Shown here piece after piece: positions 1 to 11,440 of a DNA stretch of 64,000 nucleotides. The notes under the pieces are model-generated. The model was not told where the DNA came from and made no database searches. It worked only from the letters and a program-made list of their open reading frames with translations. Position 1 is the stretch's first letter. Every line of letters starts with the position of its first letter. Made by a program: the position numbers and the translations under genes. The stretch covers positions 174,282,001-174,346,000 of the forward strand of contig OX597814.1 of NCBI GenBank assembly GCA_951406725.2. The letters are read 5' to 3'. Source of the stretch: Octopus vulgaris (Eukaryota).

Positions 1-149
1 TCGGTGGATTACTCGAATCCTCTTTCTCCAGTTCGTGACTAATGCTCTTGAGTTTAGAATTTCAGTAGGCCCGTACGCAGATCTAATTACTTGGATCGAA
101 GTAGTAGTTATTGGCAACTTCTCCGTATGCAGCCAAAACTAATTGAAAT

Positions 150-1300
150 GAAATCGAACTAAATAAGTCCGCGTTCAATCTGTTGGATAATTATCGGACA
201 CTACTCTACACAGATTAATTTACTTTCATTATCGAATGCAATTGGTTTCTTAAATACAAACCTATATTTTGACATATTGATTGTATATGTTCACTTTACA
301 GCTAAAAATGACATGTAACGTATACACTGACAGCTTTAATAATGCACGATAATTTCTCCAAGATTAGTTTTTGCGTTGCCTACACTCTGAATGTAATATG
401 TGCCAAAGATCTTAGAGGTAAAATCTGACCTAACAAATGGCGAAGTCCTATATTTCAATCTCACAAACAATGAAAGAGTTCAATCTGTGATCGAAAATTT
501 GTTGGTAGATAGAAATCATTTCCCTCATACATTGTCTGTGACAACAGTGAGGCGCACACCTAAAAAGTTATTCAATGATACTCTTTCTTCCGGGATGTTT
601 GTAGCCTGGTCGACGCATTTGGTGGTAGACTACCTAGTTCTACACTTGTTACTTGGCAACTTGGGTGTCTTTAGCGGAGCCCTCTCTGTTACAAGCCTTG
701 GGGCCAGGTTTCCACTTTGAAGATATCTTCTTCCCACTTGTCCTGAAGGCTCTGTATTGCACTGCCTTCCTCGCTATAAGATAAAAAAATGATATTGTGA
801 AATATCTCCTAAATTTTATGTCATTGAAGTCAGTTGGGAATCTTCCATTTTTGCCAGTTATCCTTACCAGGCAGTGTACTCCACTTACACAAAACAACTA
901 AGCGAGTGATCCAAACCATCTTAACTATCTCTTTGTTTTTCAAACAACCGAAACACATAATTCCGGATGGTTCTCATAGCTGTGCTGCAGCAGTACAAAG
1001 AACTCAACCAAAAAAACTCGGAGAAACTCATGCAACTCTAACTAGATGGATTTTTACCCACTGTTGCAACTCCTGCGAGAGTACCATCCAAAATGTACTG
1101 CCATGCATCATATTCTGCAAGTTCTCTTATCTGTAAAATTGCTGCAGGTCCTTGTGGTTTCTTGCCAAGACAAGACAATCTCTATCAATTTTATATTCTC
1201 CTACCCTTCACTCTTCAACCAAGATGGCTTTCTAAGCAGTACTCTTCCAGAGAAAGTGTCTACATTTGACAAGTTTTCTCCAGAATTTTCCTTTACTTCC
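150..1300 (-). mobile_element. Highly degenerate Ty3/Gypsy LTR retrotransposon pol relic (RNase H end to integrase core)
   Basis: Minus-strand translation across stops and frameshifts gives motif remnants in Gypsy order: EVKENSGENLSNVDTFSG (like RNase H end PGKENxxADALSR), VLSQELQQWVKIH, RYLQSGNLAPR..RAPLKTPKLP, VELGSLPP (like DLVGPLP), CVDQATNIPE (like VDYATRxPE), FLGVRLTVVTDN (like FGxPxxIVTDNG), KYRTSPF. No LTRs identified. Confidence 0.6.
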
Positions 1301-2219
1301 TAACCCTAACCCGTCTCATTCATGCTTGTAAACATACTCATCAAGTGCGAAAATCTTACACATGCGTACGTATGTATGTGTGTGTGTTCTTTGTTTCGAG
1401 ACGTTTACTCATGCTTTTCATATTGCGAAATCATATACGGCCAATCTACAAACGGAACATACGGATACAATTCTGCAGTATGAAGCTTTGAGTAACGATG
1501 TTTCGATTCATGAAGATTCTCTAACATCCTCTCTTGTCAAAATTGTCTTGAAAATAAAACGTGTTGAGGCCCAACACCCCTCCTCCCAGATTCAGCCTTG
1601 ACAGTTTTCCTTTTAATGTGAGATCAATACCAATGGCAGATAATTCATGAGCAATTTTTTTCCCATTTTCTTTTGTTCTACAAAAAAGAAAAATCAATTT
1701 TCAATATGGTGAGGAATCTTTTAAGATCAATCGAAGCATCAATTCACACACACACATATATATATCATAAAACCAATCGCTATCTGGTTACAAACGTTAA
1801 TTGAATGCGTGTGTGTACACTAATGCAATATTGTTTATTTCTGTCGTGTTGTGTATACTGTTGCAGTTATGGCAAATACAGACAATTCGCAAGATATATT
1901 TTAGATGCATACATTATTTAATCTTTACACTTGTGTCCACACTCCACTTGTACATTATTTCATAAGTATCAAAATGCAATTATAGTTGCAAATGTACCTG
2001 ATCGTTATTTGAATTAAAAACACTCTGAAAAAGCGAAAATACAGTTTTAAGAATCGTCACAATTCATTACTTTCATTTTACAACATTAAAGAGTAATATA
2101 TATGAATCCTTTTGTTATTAAATGCACATTACTTCTTGTTATTTTTACTCTGGTGTTTTGCATTGAAACACCCCCTCCCTTATATTCTCATGGTAAATTT
2201 ATTACTAACGGTATCAAAG

Positions 2220-2410
2220 GACGGTGAGTTAGCTGATCAGTAATCTGTCTCAAAGCTTTACGTTCTTAGACGATATAGATCCAGGATTGAGATTTCATTT
2301 CTCTGGGGTCGTCATAAAGAGTACTAGGCATGTGTGAAATATGATCCAGTGAATTATACCTCTCCCCTTTAAAAACGTGGGACTTCTAAGCCAGAATGTA
2401 AGAAATCGTT
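2220..2410 (+). mobile_element. Old tRNA-derived SINE, family B (ggtgagttagc head, ggggtcg-ataaa-gtac core)
   Basis: Similar to the better-preserved copies at 26718-26930 and 58010-58850. Confidence 0.5.
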
Positions 2411-2449
2411 ATGGTAAACATGGCGTATTTTACATATTTCAATACTTGT

Positions 2450-3000
2450 TATCCTAACTTAAAAGCAAACAGCAGTTTATTTTCGGACAGTAGCAAACCA
2501 ACTATATATATATATACCTAAATATACTGTGTACATACACCCGCAAATGTTTGTTTCCGTAAGTAGCTGGTTTCAATAGGAAATTCAACTTCAAAAATTG
2601 GGTTTTTTCGTTCCATTTATATTTGTCCTCGGAATACATTTCATGATGTCTGGCTAGCTTGTTGATATAACGAGTTCTATAAATATATATCCAGCTGACA
2701 ACATCGGTCGCCACTCATCTTCTTACCTTCTTGTGTGCGATCTGGGTGGGAGAAATAGATATGGTGTGTCTATCTGCGTGCGCGTGCGACTTTCCTGCAA
2801 ACAAAGAGAGACGAATATAGGAAAACTAATATCATTTTTATCAGCCTTTCTCTACGGAAAATGAGTCATTGACTGGAATCTTTATTCTCTCACTTTCTCG
2901 TTTTCAGATCATTAATGTGAATCTGTTTTCATTCACACTGGTAATTACGTTTATTTCAAAAGCAAAAGTAGGCTATGTTAACGAGGAATGGGATGCAATT
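2450..3000. promoter_or_regulatory. CpG-retaining putative promoter / 5' UTR exon zone, possibly bidirectional
   Basis: Dense CpGs in unique sequence (tgcgtgcgcgtgcgac at about 2775-2790) just before the switch to CpG-depleted DNA. Plus-strand donors TCC|GTAAGT (2558/2559) and CTG|GTAATT (2940/2941), pyrimidine-rich acceptor ttttcag ending 2907, minus-strand donor AAG|GTAAGA (2727/2726). Confidence 0.45.
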
Positions 3001-3814
3001 ATTTTGAAAGGAAAAGTCTTCAAGAAACCGATCAATAAATAAATTGAATAATGTGTAACAGTATTTTATGTTGGAAGGAACCTGGCTTGTCTTTCATGTC
3101 AAGTTCTAAAACTTTAAAGGTCTTTACTAACTTGAATATTGAAATAAAGTAAAATTAGTTATATTTCGTTTTAAGTTTTCAGAAAGTGAAAGAATGAAGT
3201 CATCTTTATATAGAAATAAAAATGAAACTGAATTCTGAAGTAGTTATACCAGTTAAATATTGCTTCTGTACTGACACCAACCTATGCAACAGCAAGTTTC
3301 TTTGTTGTGCATTGCTGCCAACCAGTTTAGATAAGCTCTACAAGGCAAGGCAGTAACACATGAGACCCAGAATCTTGTCTAATTGACTTTGCCTTTCATC
3401 CTTTTGGGGTTGGTAAAATAATTACCAGTTAAGAACTGAAGTCAATGTCATTGACTTAAGCCCTCCTCTGAAATTGCTGGCCTTATGTTAAAATATGAAA
3501 TCAATAATGCCCACCTCCAGGCATTCTCATCTGAACAGGTTTCTTGATTCACCAAATGCACTGTTGAGTTATTCATTAATGTTAACAGTACTATCAGGTG
3601 TAAATATCTTGTAAGCAGGCATTCCTTTCAATCAGGCTATTAGTGTTAGGTCTTCTACAATTCACATTGGTATGCATGAACAATTTCAGAAATAAATTAC
3701 AACAGTTCTTAAAAGCATTCTTTTAGAATCCCTTTATTTCACTTACTTTTTATTCCATGTCAGACTGTGTCTTCCCCAATGGCAGGGTGGATTCCTGCAT
3801 TATTTGGAGCTATT

Positions 3815-4040
3815 TACAATGTCTCAATAAACAAAGTGTTTTTGTTTTTACATTTGGTGCATAGATGTAAAGATTTTCTCCCAACTCTTGAATATCCAAT
3901 GTAAAGTTGACTATAAGTGAAGCAGGGCTCTTTAAGGTGTAAACCAGCAACCAAAAATATTTTCCTTTGTGATTTCTTGATGGTCATGGCAAAACTAAGA
4001 TTCACTGGAAATTGAAGTTCTTTGAATTGCGAGGGACATT
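3815..4040 (-). mobile_element. Helitron Rep-helicase (PIF1-like) C-terminal fragment, degenerate
   Basis: ELQFPVNLSFAMTIKKSQRKIFLVAGLHLKEPCFTYSQLYIGYSRVG matches the PIF1/Helitron motif QFPxxLAFAMTINKSQGQT..GLxL..P.FSHGQLYVxxSRV. Confidence 0.8.
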
Positions 4041-4455
4041 ATCTCCTGAGTCTGTGTGATGGAGGCTCCTGCACTCTTATCATCTACTTGATGCATCCTA
4101 AGCTTGGGTCTCTCCTGAGAAAGTGTGACAGGGGCTTGTGTTTGGCTGTCTCTTGAGCTTGCTACTGATGCTTTGTGATGGTCTTTCAACTCTGTTGCCC
4201 TAATGAAATGATTTGGCATGGGTTCTATAGCTGGATGCCCTTCCTAACACCAACCATTCTGAGAGTGTAATGGGTGCTATTTACCTGCCACTGGCACAGG
4301 TGCCAATTGCCTGACACCAGTATCTGCCACAATTATGATTTCACTTGGCTTGATGGGTATTCTATTCAGGCATGGCATATTGACAAAGGTCTCAGTCATT
4401 TGTCATTACCTTCACGAAGCTCAGAGCTTGAAAGGTGCTTTTTATGTGCCAGTAT
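4040..4455 (-). mobile_element. RTE-type LINE 3' UTR-derived fragment
   Basis: Contains the family core ggatgcccttcctaacaccaacc and gtgctttttatgtgcca, shared with 20990-21620 and 56438-56680. Confidence 0.6.
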
Positions 4456-4576
4456 ATATATGTATAGATGTATGTACATATTATAGATAGATATATATGT
4501 ATACACATGCACTCATGTATTTCTGTGTGTATACCCGTGCACACACACACACATACCTGTATTAATAATATATGCA

Positions 4577-4912
4577 TTCTTTTATTTTACTTGTTTCAGT
4601 CATTTGACTGCCTTTCAGGGTTTTAGTCATACAAATTGACCCCAGAACTTATTTTGTAAGCCTAGTACTTATTCTATCAGTCTCTTTTGCTCAACCACTA
4701 AGTTACAGGGACATAAATACACCAATACCAGTTGTCAAGTGATGATGAAAGTGACAAACACACAGACACACACACACACACAGATATACTCACAAGGCTT
4801 TGGTTGAACTGAGGCTATAGTAGAAGACACTTGCCCAAGGTGCCATGCAGTGGGACTGAACCCAGAACCATGTGGTTGGGAAGCAAGCTTCTTACCACAC
4901 AGCCATGCCTGT
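4577..4912 (-). mobile_element. tRNA-derived SINE, family A (internal CA microsatellite)
   Basis: Minus-strand head ggcatggctgtgtggtaagaagc...gggttcagtccc with Pol III A/B box-like motifs; tail gactgaaacaagtaaaataaaaga; many homologues in the window. Confidence 0.85.
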
Positions 4913-5739
4913 GCATGTATACTTACATATTTTAGATAGATAGACAGACAGACAGAGATAGAGGTATGCACACACAAATTAAAGGCCAACAATGACTGAA
5001 GTTTCATCAGTTGTTGGTTTTGCCAGTCTGATGAGGCTAAAGTCCTGCAATATTTCAAATTTACTACCTATCTTTTTCTTGTAAAAATATGAATGCGATA
5101 ATGTACTTAAATTTGTTGAGTGATGTTTCAATAAATGTTTGTATTTTGTATATATCTACACAAAAACAAACTATATACACAGGAATTGGTAAATGAGAGA
5201 TTTCCGGCTACCAGCTGGTTAAAACTTATTTTTCACAATGGATTTGCTCTGCCTGAAAGATGACCCACAGAATTTTGAAAAAATGTATTCTTGGACACTA
5301 AAAATCAAGAAGCAATAGCCTCTTCTTTTTGCTTTGATGTGATTTACATATATGATGTTGAAGATATGAAACTATAATGTTTCCTACAAATAGATGAATT
5401 GAAAATATTAAAAATATCACCTGCATATGACAAATGAATGTGTATTTTCTAATGTTTTGTTTGTAACTAATCGAATCTCAATAGGTAATCATATTTGGAT
5501 GTGCTTACAAATATTTTTAAGTACATATTGTCATGCTGCTTTTCCTACATCAATAGTGTGAATAGCCAGCAGTATGAAACTTTGTTTACACTATTTAAAA
5601 AGTTATGATGTAAAAAGCTTCAGCTTTTTACACATGCATACATGCAATCTCTCAGAGTTGAGTATGGCTGTTCTCCAGATTTAACTTCTGTCAGCCTATC
5701 TGTGACTATGTAAGTTAATGCAGGATTCATAAGTTAGTT

Positions 5740-6260
5740 GTTGACTGAGCATTTGTTGTCTCACAATAGAAGAGGCACTGTGTTGACCACTTTGGACCGC
5801 TTTCTACTTTATGCCTATCACTGGGATATTCAGTTCATGCTCAAAGTGTATCGAAGTGTTGAACTCCATAATTGATGATCTCTCTCCACTTGTGTTGGTT
5901 ATTCACTGACAGTTCCCTCGCACATTTTGATGCCATCCTTATTCAAATTTCCTTTGAATATGTCTTTGACTTGCCCTTTTTTTTTTTGTTTCCTTCTATG
6001 CACCATTCAGCTGAGAGTGAAAACAATTGTTTGGACAGCCAAAGGTCTAACATTTGCATAACCTGGCCTGCCCACAGAAACTGATGTCACATAATTATGG
6101 GAAATATTTGTTTACTCTTGTATGCTGACTTCCTCAGTCTGTTCTGCACTAGATGCAGGATTTCCCTCACAAATCTCTGGTGGTGTATTATGGGGCTTTT
6201 GATTACAGCTTTTCCTGCTTTAAGACTCTAGAGAGCCAGCTCAGGCGACTACCTTATCCT
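5740..6260 (-). mobile_element. Possible very old mariner transposase N-terminal relic
   Basis: Minus strand shows a GRP-like segment and KMC..RELSVNNQHKWREI, resembling the region around the mariner WVPxxL motif; weak. Confidence 0.3.
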
Positions 6261-6346
6261 AGAAAAAATTGATATTTGTCTCACATGGTGATATGCTTGT
6301 ATGTGTGTTTGTATCTATCTGTGTATTTAAATAATTGTTTGCATAT

Positions 6347-6548
6347 ATTCTTTTATTCTTTTATGTTTCATTCGTTTGACTGTGGCCATGCTGGAGCACT
6401 GCCTTTTAGTCAAAGAAATCCATCCCAGGATTTATTCTTTGTAAGCCTGGTACTTGTTCTATTGGTCACTTTTGCCAAACTGCTAAGTTACAGGGACGAA
6501 AACATACCAACATCGGTTGTTAAACGATGGTGGGGGACAAACAAAGAC

Positions 6549-6592
<44 letters not shown>

Positions 6593-6755
6593 TAAGGGCT
6601 TTTCTCAGTTTCTGTCTATGAAATTTACTCACAAGGCTTTGGTCAGCCTGAAGCTATAGCAGAAGACACCTGCCCAAGGTACCACACAGTGAGACTGAAT
6701 CCAGAACCATGTGGTTGGGAAGTAAGCTTCTTACCACACAGCCACACCTGTGCCT
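6347..6755 (-). mobile_element. tRNA-derived SINE, family A
   Basis: Full-length homologue of 37100-37487 with internal (TA)n(CA)n. Confidence 0.88.
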
Positions 6756-7519
6756 ATATGTATATATTTTGGCACATAAATTCAGAGAAAAGAAACATTT
6801 GGGTTTATCCATGAAATAAAGAGAAGTTTGGAAGTGTGTTTATTTTGCAACCTGGTGCAGAATACTTCAAGCCTTTGAATACTGACTTCTTTCTCTTTCA
6901 ATGTAAAGCAAATCCGCATTCTTTTACATTTCCTTTAATAGAAAAAAAGCAAGCGAATTGAGTTGCTGTGACTAATTCAAGTTATATGACTAGTAACTTT
7001 TGTATCATAATTTGTCTTATGACTTACTTTCTATATTTTTTTTCTTTTTATTCCTTTATTTGTTGTGTAGATAGTTAAAAATAGTTTCAAGAATTTTCCC
7101 ATTGCATTGTGTCCTACTTTTCTTATCTATAATCATAGATATTGAAATTTAATGCCTATATATATAAGTAATTATTTTGACTTTGAGTATATGTCTAGTA
7201 GTATGCTGATTAAAGCACTTTCACCATTTAGGCTACCTGATATTATAACCCTGAAACCATTTCCATCCTCTGTCAGTGTAGCCAACATACTGCAGGCAAC
7301 CAAAACATGGCAAGCGAAACTCAGTATATGTAGTGAGGTATCTTACTTAAATGAGATACCTGACAAGACACAGCCTGCATTGATGGAGGCAACACAACTA
7401 GCTGTAAAATATCCCATCTGTAAGGGACAGATGCAGGATGGATTGAAATGATCATCGTGTTGAATAAAGGTTCTTGCTAAATCCATTTTCTGTTTCCCTC
7501 GTATGTATGTATGTACATA

Positions 7520-7705
7520 TCAGTGCCAAATAAAAAGCACCCAGTACACTCTGTAATGTGTTTGTTATTAGGAAGGACATCTAGCTGTAGAAATGTTGTT
7601 GAGGCAGACATTGGAGCCTGGTGCAGCTCTCTGGCGGGCCAATTCCTGTCAAACCATTCAACCCAAGTCAGGATAGAAAACGGACATTAAATCATGTTGA
7701 TGCTG
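7520..7705 (+). mobile_element. RTE-type 3' tail fragment
   Basis: aaaaagcacccagtacactc...ttaggaaggacatctagctgtagaaa...aaaacggacattaaa, same tail as 21440-21620. Confidence 0.7.
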
Positions 7706-8385
7706 TGTGTGTACATACACATAGCTATATTGTAAATAGATGAGATACAAATTGTATTTTGGAAGGATCATCTTTGGCAGTAATGAACATGATTATTATT
7801 CACTCTTGTTCTTAGTATCAGTCATTTTTTTGCCTCACTCCCATGCTGTCTTTCACTTATTTTGTACATACTTGTTTCTTAAAAGTAGCTTTTGGACATT
7901 GTCAAACAGCAAAAATATATATATATATATATAAAAAAGACAAATAAAAACAGTTATTCTTAAAAACTTTTTTAGCGTCTAAGTGGTTAGACTTTTACTT
8001 TCTTGTTGCCTGAAGTGATGATGAATGGCTCATGACCTCCTTAGAACTTGTTAAGTCTGGATGATGTCATTGTAATACATTGACTACTATTCCTCTTTTA
8101 TTCTTACTTCATATTTATTTCTAGTTAGCTTTTTAATGCTGGATGCAATAAATACGGTGGGGCTGGTAATTTACACTGTTTTCTGTATCAGGAATAATCA
8201 CAGTGGAATCAATTGTGGTGATTAAGAAAGTATTAGGAGTGAGCAATCAAATGAGATAGTTTTAAATGTTACAGATTATTAGGTTTCATAGACTGAAGTG
8301 TATACTTCACTATCATTGTGTGTGTGTGTTTTTAAATAGTAGTTCAATTCTGAAATATTGTCTGGTCTTATCAGAAGACCATGTA

Positions 8386-9287
8386 CAGGGTGCAGTGAAT
8401 AAATTGTCTAAATTACACAAAAATGAAAATAACACTCATATTTCATTTTAACATATATTTACCAAAATTACATAAAAATATCTTGAAATATTCAATAAAA
8501 TTACCATTGACTTCAACCATAGCCTCCAGACGACTTCGCAATCTCTTGCAACTCTTCTGGACGGTCTCCTTGTTTAATTTGGTGAATGCTACCATAATCT
8601 TTGCCTTCAGTTCATCTTTGGTGTTACAAGGTGTTTTGTTGGTCTCTCATTCAACTGTTCCCCACACATAATAATCAAGGGAGTTGCAGTCTGGGGAGTT
8701 AGGTGGCCAGATGTTAGGGGTGATGTGGTTTCAGAAATTGTCTAACAGTCATGACTAGTTTCTCTTGCTTGTGTGGCATGGTGCAGAGTCCTGTTGCCAG
8801 ATATAGGGTGTTCCAGCAGCCACCCTCTTGACTCGGGGCAGCACTACCTCCTCCAGGCACATGATGTAGGCCTCCGTGTTGAGTCTGAGGCCATGTGGGA
8901 AGATGAATACAGGCATAACATCTCACCAACCAATTCAGTTCTTTTCTTATCAGAATGATCAGAGCGAGTTTTCCGAGCTGCTGTACCTTCGTATTCACCA
9001 ATAGACTCATCCAACTCTTTCTGAATCTTCTGCACTGTCCTCAAATTGACACCCAAATACTCTGAAGTGTTCGCATTGGAGCTCCTGGTGCAAATGCCAA
9101 GCAGTACAGCATGTCGTTTTCAAATTTCTGGCTGAGTGATTTGCATCATGGTGCTGTTTTTCTCACAGACAATAGTAAGTACCCAACTGACCCTACTATT
9201 CTGTGTAGTTGAAAAAATCAAAAGCAAACAATGTGCGTGCACAAAATAAAAAATATGAAATGGCAACAATTTAACCATCGCACCCTG
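8386..9287 (-). mobile_element. Tc1/mariner superfamily DD37D (maT-type) transposon, internally deleted and inactive
   Basis: TA-flanked TIRs cagggtgcagtgaataaattgt / acaatttaaccatcgcaccctg. Minus strand reads WQQDSAPCHTSKRN*S*LLDNF*NHITPNIWPPNSPDCNSLDYYVWGTVE, with 37 residues between the 2nd and 3rd catalytic D. Confidence 0.85.
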
Positions 9288-9780
9288 TATTTTTGCTGCC
9301 ATTATTTTACTCCTTATATTTCATAAATATAATGATTAAAATATAGAAAGAAAAAAATGTTTGGTTATTATAGTGTATATGCAGAAAACAAAATGCAATC
9401 TTTGGGAACAAGCTCTAGCTACTCATACAAGCTACTTTTATTGCTCTTAATAATTTTTTTGTATGATCAGCTATCGTAATGTAATTTTGTTTTCTAAAAG
9501 TAATTTTGTCATGTAATAGAATATGGCATTAACAATAAAGATGTAATAGGAAAAACAGCTTAATTGATTAGCTTTTCTTAATCATTTAATGATAGCATAC
9601 TTTTTCTTTCTATTTAAGTAATTAAAAAGAAAAAGTTATGTTGTCGTTTACGCCCCGGCTTGCTGTGATTGAGTAGACCTTCTATCAAAGGTATTCTTAT
9701 TAATTTTGTATTTTCTTTTCTAGCAATACTGTTTTTAGACTACATTATCCAGTGTGTCCTTTAGGTAGGGTGTGGATTAA

Positions 9781-9979
9781 CCCTATAACATTTAAACCAG
9801 CTGTATCCAGCCCAAATGTTCTGTTTTATGTTCAAACCAGTCCGATTTGACCTCTCACATCTACCCTTCAATATCATTTTTAAAATACATCATTAAAATC
9901 TTGAAACCACAAGATAATGCATTCAAAACAATGTGAATAAATAAGAATTACATTTGACAGTGATCTGAATGCTAAACTG
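9781..9979. mobile_element. piggyBac-type MITE (family 1)
   Basis: TTAA on both sides, CCCT start; body homologous to 41011-41217; interrupts an older repeat. Confidence 0.7.
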
Positions 9980-10259
9980 TTAAGGAAAGATTATCTGCTA
10001 TTTCTGAAAGTTTGAGCAACCACATAGATGCCCTCTCTTTTGACTTGAAAGTATTGTATGTTTGGATAAATATGAGCAGTCTTAAGATTTTTTTTTTATG
10101 ACTCATTCACTATTTTGTGCAATATTCTGTGTACTGTACATGATCTTTTGGCTACCTTTTCTGATGAGTTGTATACAATAAGTTCATTTTATTATTATTA
10201 TCATCATCATCGGTGCTATAGCTCCCTTTTTCTCCACCATGACTGAAGACTGAAGAACC

Positions 10260-10450
10260 ATAGAGGAAGATCTGCATGGTTGTTCAACCTGCTAAAAATA
10301 GCAGTCAGATTTCACCCTGCAGTCTTAAAAAAGAATGATCTGTTTGATAATGTTGTTCTGAACACACTATTTGAATTGAATAAGACAATATAGTTGTCAT
10401 TGGAATGTCTCATTAAAGATCTGCTTAATTAGGGGTGAATTGAGGCTTAA
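10260..10450 (+). repeat. Ancient abundant interspersed repeat (family C), representative copy
   Basis: Core acctgctagaaatagcagccaaatct...ggaatgcctttgatcatag...ggctaaacaac recurs, degenerate and in both orientations, near 9640, 10770, 11970, 12200, 12725, 14895, 15150, 17040, 19830, 29880, 30820, 42180, 43490, 52490, 58920, 59005 and 63150. Confidence 0.6.
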
Positions 10451-11254
10451 TTGAAGAGCTGGATCAATAGCTCATGGAAGCAATCTTTAAGTGGAAACAT
10501 GGTAAATTTCAATCATTAATATCCAGAGTTCACCCTGGAGTTGTGGTGACAGAATTGAAACTAAGAATGCATTGTTAGTACTTATGACTAAATCTCACAG
10601 AAAGATCATCAATTTTACAGTGGCAAACCATTCTGCCATTGTCATTTAAGTGTCTTTGTTGTAAATATGAACAACATTGGTGACAAGATACAGACTGCTA
10701 AATCTGTTAAATTTTATTGAGTCAACTAGTGCTGACAGTTGATATTAATACAAGAATATGAATACTTTGAAGGAGCCTCTGCTAGGTTACTTGACCTGCC
10801 AACTGTCTTAAAAAGAAAAAATAAACACATTTGATAATTTAGTCTAAAAGATAGGATGGTCAAAGTCAGAAGACTTTTTGATCATAGGGCTTCATTAGGA
10901 TCTGTGTGAGAAATCGTTTTAAAACTTTAGGTGACTTGGTATGCAGCCTGCATGGATACTTTACTGTATCTAGTCTTTTGTTAAACTGTTCTAGATTGAA
11001 GTTTCATTGATGTTGGCTTTGCCTTCCTTTGTTCTGGAAGTCTTGTTAACGCAAATGTCAGTCAGATGTGATATGAAATCATATGACTGTTTCCAATAAA
11101 AAAGAAAAAAATTGCTGTCTTAGAAACTGAATGTTTAATGTGACTAGATTCACTTCGTATTTTATATTTTCATTTATCCTTCCCTTCAGTTAGTATATTC
11201 TCCAGTCATTGTCAGCTGTCAGGTTTCTATTTTGTCTATAATTCTTTGCAACTA

Positions 11255-11440
11255 ACATTGGCACAAGGCCAGTAATTTGGAGGGGTAAGTTGATTACAAC
11301 AGTCCCGGTGCTCAGTTGGTTCTTATTCTATCAACCCCTAAAAGATGAAAGTTGACCTTGGCAGCATTTGAACTCAGAGCATAAAATGCTGGAAGAAATG
11401 CCGCTAAGCATTTTGTCTGGCATGCTAATGATTTTGCCAG
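11255..11440 (-). mobile_element. tRNA-derived SINE, family B
   Basis: ggcacaaggccag...gttgaccttggcagcatttgaactcaga...gccgctaagcattttg, homologous to 26718-26930. Confidence 0.75.

Noticed and set aside
649-919. Apparent two-exon minus-strand mini-gene (MVWITRLVVLCKWSTLP / ARKAVQYRAF...)
   Set aside because: Overlapping frames carry Gypsy integrase motif remnants in the right order, which explains the region better.
7152-7451. 99-aa ATG-initiated ORF
   Set aside because: No recognisable motif, no convincing splice sites linking it to the CTL exons; length compatible with chance.
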